Shown: one piece after another, positions 62,441-64,000 of the stretch | Layout: every line of letters starts with the position of its first letter | How positions within the stretch are numbered: the first letter of the stretch is position 1 | Assembly (NCBI GenBank): GCA_965218795.1 | Contig: OZ244653.1 | Span: forward strand, 1,760,001-1,824,000 | Length of the DNA: 64,000 nucleotides | From: a bacterium | GTDB lineage: Bacteria > UBA8248 > JACPRG01 > G963555815 | Direction of reading: 5' to 3' | Program-made: the position numbers and the translations under genes | Notes under the pieces: model-generated | Told to the model about the DNA's origin: nothing | Database searches by the model: none | The model's input: only the letters and a program-made list of their open reading frames with translations

Positions 62441-62917
62441 TCAAAGTCGGGCGTATTTCCCCGCATAAAAGAGAAGCGGTTTGCCCCCTTCGGGCCCCAG
62501 TTCCGTCACCTCGACTTCCCCGATGAAAATGACGTGATCACCCCCGGGATACTGGTTCGTAATCCTGCATTCCAGGTATCCAAGGCATCCCTGGATTCGG
62601 GGGGGGCCCAGTTTCCCAGCCTCATAAGCGATACCGGCGAACTTGTCTTCGGCCTTGGAAGCGAACCGGCTGGAGATCTCCTCCTGGTCCTCCGACAAAA
62701 CATTCACCATAAAAGTGCAGTTCTTCGAGAAACAACGGAGGATGTTCGCTGAGTGATCGACGCACACCAGGACCAGGGGGGGGGCCAAGGATACGGACGT
62801 CAATGAATTGACCGTAAAACCCTGGGGGACATCCCGGTCGTCCAGCAGTGTGACGACCGTGACTCCGGTAGCGAACCGTCCCATCGCACCTCTGAGCTCA
62901 TCACCCCGAACCGGCAT
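62441..62917 (-). CDS. flavin reductase family protein
   Basis: GRFATGVTVVT, SVSLAPPLVLVC, GDHVIFIGEV, PLLFY. Confidence 0.93.
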   Translation of the reverse strand: MPVRGDELRGAMGRFATGVTVVTLLDDRDVPQGFTVNSLTSVSLAPPLVLVCVDHSANILRCFSKNCTFMVNVLSEDQEEISSRFASKAEDKFAGIAYEAGKLGPPRIQGCLGYLECRITNQYPGGDHVIFIGEVEVTELGPEGGKPLLFYAGKYARL

Positions 62918-62974
62918 GTCCCAATCTCCTCATCGGAGCCAGCGAAGATTCCGATCCGGCCGGGCGGCACCAGC

Positions 62975-63358
62975 CTATCGGGCGCGAACTCTCCCCAAAT
63001 CTACGAATAAGCCGGCGCCCGTCTGGTACACTCCCCATGCCAGCGGGTTTCCGTTGTCGTCCACAAAGTCGATTCGGGCCTTTTTCGGCTTGACCGGCCG
63101 AATGACAACCACCCAGGCGCGGGCCAGCGTCAAGGCGTCCGCCTGTCGTATTTCCTTCTTGAGCTGAGACCAGCCCGTCGTCAGCGTCACCTGCACATCA
63201 TAGGGGCCCTTCCCCTTCCGTGCGCTTTGGACGCGCTCGAACGCGGCGCCCCGTTGATTTTTCACGCGCACCAGGAAATCGCGTGCGGGCTGCTCCACGA
63301 CCAAGGGCTTCTGGAACCCAGCGCACCCGCCGCTGACCAGAAGGGACAGCGCTATCAT
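62975..63358 (-). CDS. hypothetical lipoprotein
   Basis: LSLLVSGGC lipobox-like signal; start position uncertain. Confidence 0.55.
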   Translation of the reverse strand: MIALSLLVSGGCAGFQKPLVVEQPARDFLVRVKNQRGAAFERVQSARKGKGPYDVQVTLTTGWSQLKKEIRQADALTLARAWVVVIRPVKPKKARIDFVDDNGNPLAWGVYQTGAGLFVDLGRVRAR

Positions 63359-63720
63359 GCAGACGATTCGGCGAGGCCGTAAGGGCCTCCGTCGGCAACC
63401 CGCTACGAAACGACCAGACTCACTTTTTCGGACCAATTTTCGACGCCACCCCCTCCCTGGGGCTATGATGCCCGCTCATTACAGTTCAAGGCCTTCCCGC
63501 GGATCCGGCCGCAAAATGTTATCCTTTCAGCATACGGAAAGTCCAATTAGCGGCCAAGAATCCGGCAATTTTCATGCGCTTCGGGAAAAAAACAATCTGC
63601 CGGAATCGCTCTGGTTAGAGTTGCCCCCGAACGGGCGCCCGATTATATTGGAAATGAGAGTGATCTCTTAGGCTCTTCATTGACCGGTGACACCAGCATA
63701 AGATGGAGGACGGCGACTCG

Positions 63721-64000
63721 ATGAGTACGCTGAAAGAACAGCTTTTTCTGGAATTCGCAGCAGAAGCGCTTTCCGATCTCACCGACGAGTACCGGGACAA
63801 ATTTACGTCAAAAAGGGGCGACCGATTCAACGTCCAGGGACTCACCTATGAAGTGGGCGCCCCCGTCCTCAAGGACGACCTCATTCAGTTCGAGGTCAGC
63901 TCCAAAATCCCTGAGGATGAGCTCTCCGAGACAACGACCCACACCAAATATTTTAACGCCGTCAAGTCGCTCGTGAACAAAGGGAAGCTCAAGCCTCTTT
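63721..64000 (+). CDS. hypothetical protein, 5' part (runs off the window)
   Basis: GGAGG RBS, ATG 63721, open to the window end: MSTLKEQLFLEFAAEALSDLTDEYRDKF... Confidence 0.7.
   Translation, partial: MSTLKEQLFLEFAAEALSDLTDEYRDKFTSKRGDRFNVQGLTYEVGAPVLKDDLIQFEVSSKIPEDELSETTTHTKYFNAVKSLVNKGKLKPL

Overview
GC-rich bacterial chromosomal window. The left ~13 kb is an eroded accessory region: the 3' end of a Doc-type toxin, an integron-cassette-like ORF with a degenerate attC, a PIN toxin-antitoxin pair with a truncated toxin, two convergent UbiD-family (prFMN) decarboxylases with a small Zn-ribbon partner, an intact IS630, a frameshifted Mrr-like endonuclease with an intact M.PvuII-like methyltransferase, and several transposase remnants. 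The middle is mostly housekeeping: anmK, a lytic transglycosylase, tolQRAB-pal-cpoB, an AsmA-family gene, apgM, ligA, galU and two CNNM/CorC transporters. The right part is catabolic and envelope genes. The most unusual item is a terminator-bounded three-gene unit, UbiD decarboxylase + xanthine-dehydrogenase-family FAD subunit + (2Fe-2S) subunit, that has no molybdopterin large subunit. No rRNA, tRNA or CRISPR array was seen. All family assignments come from recognising motifs by eye; no database search was run.
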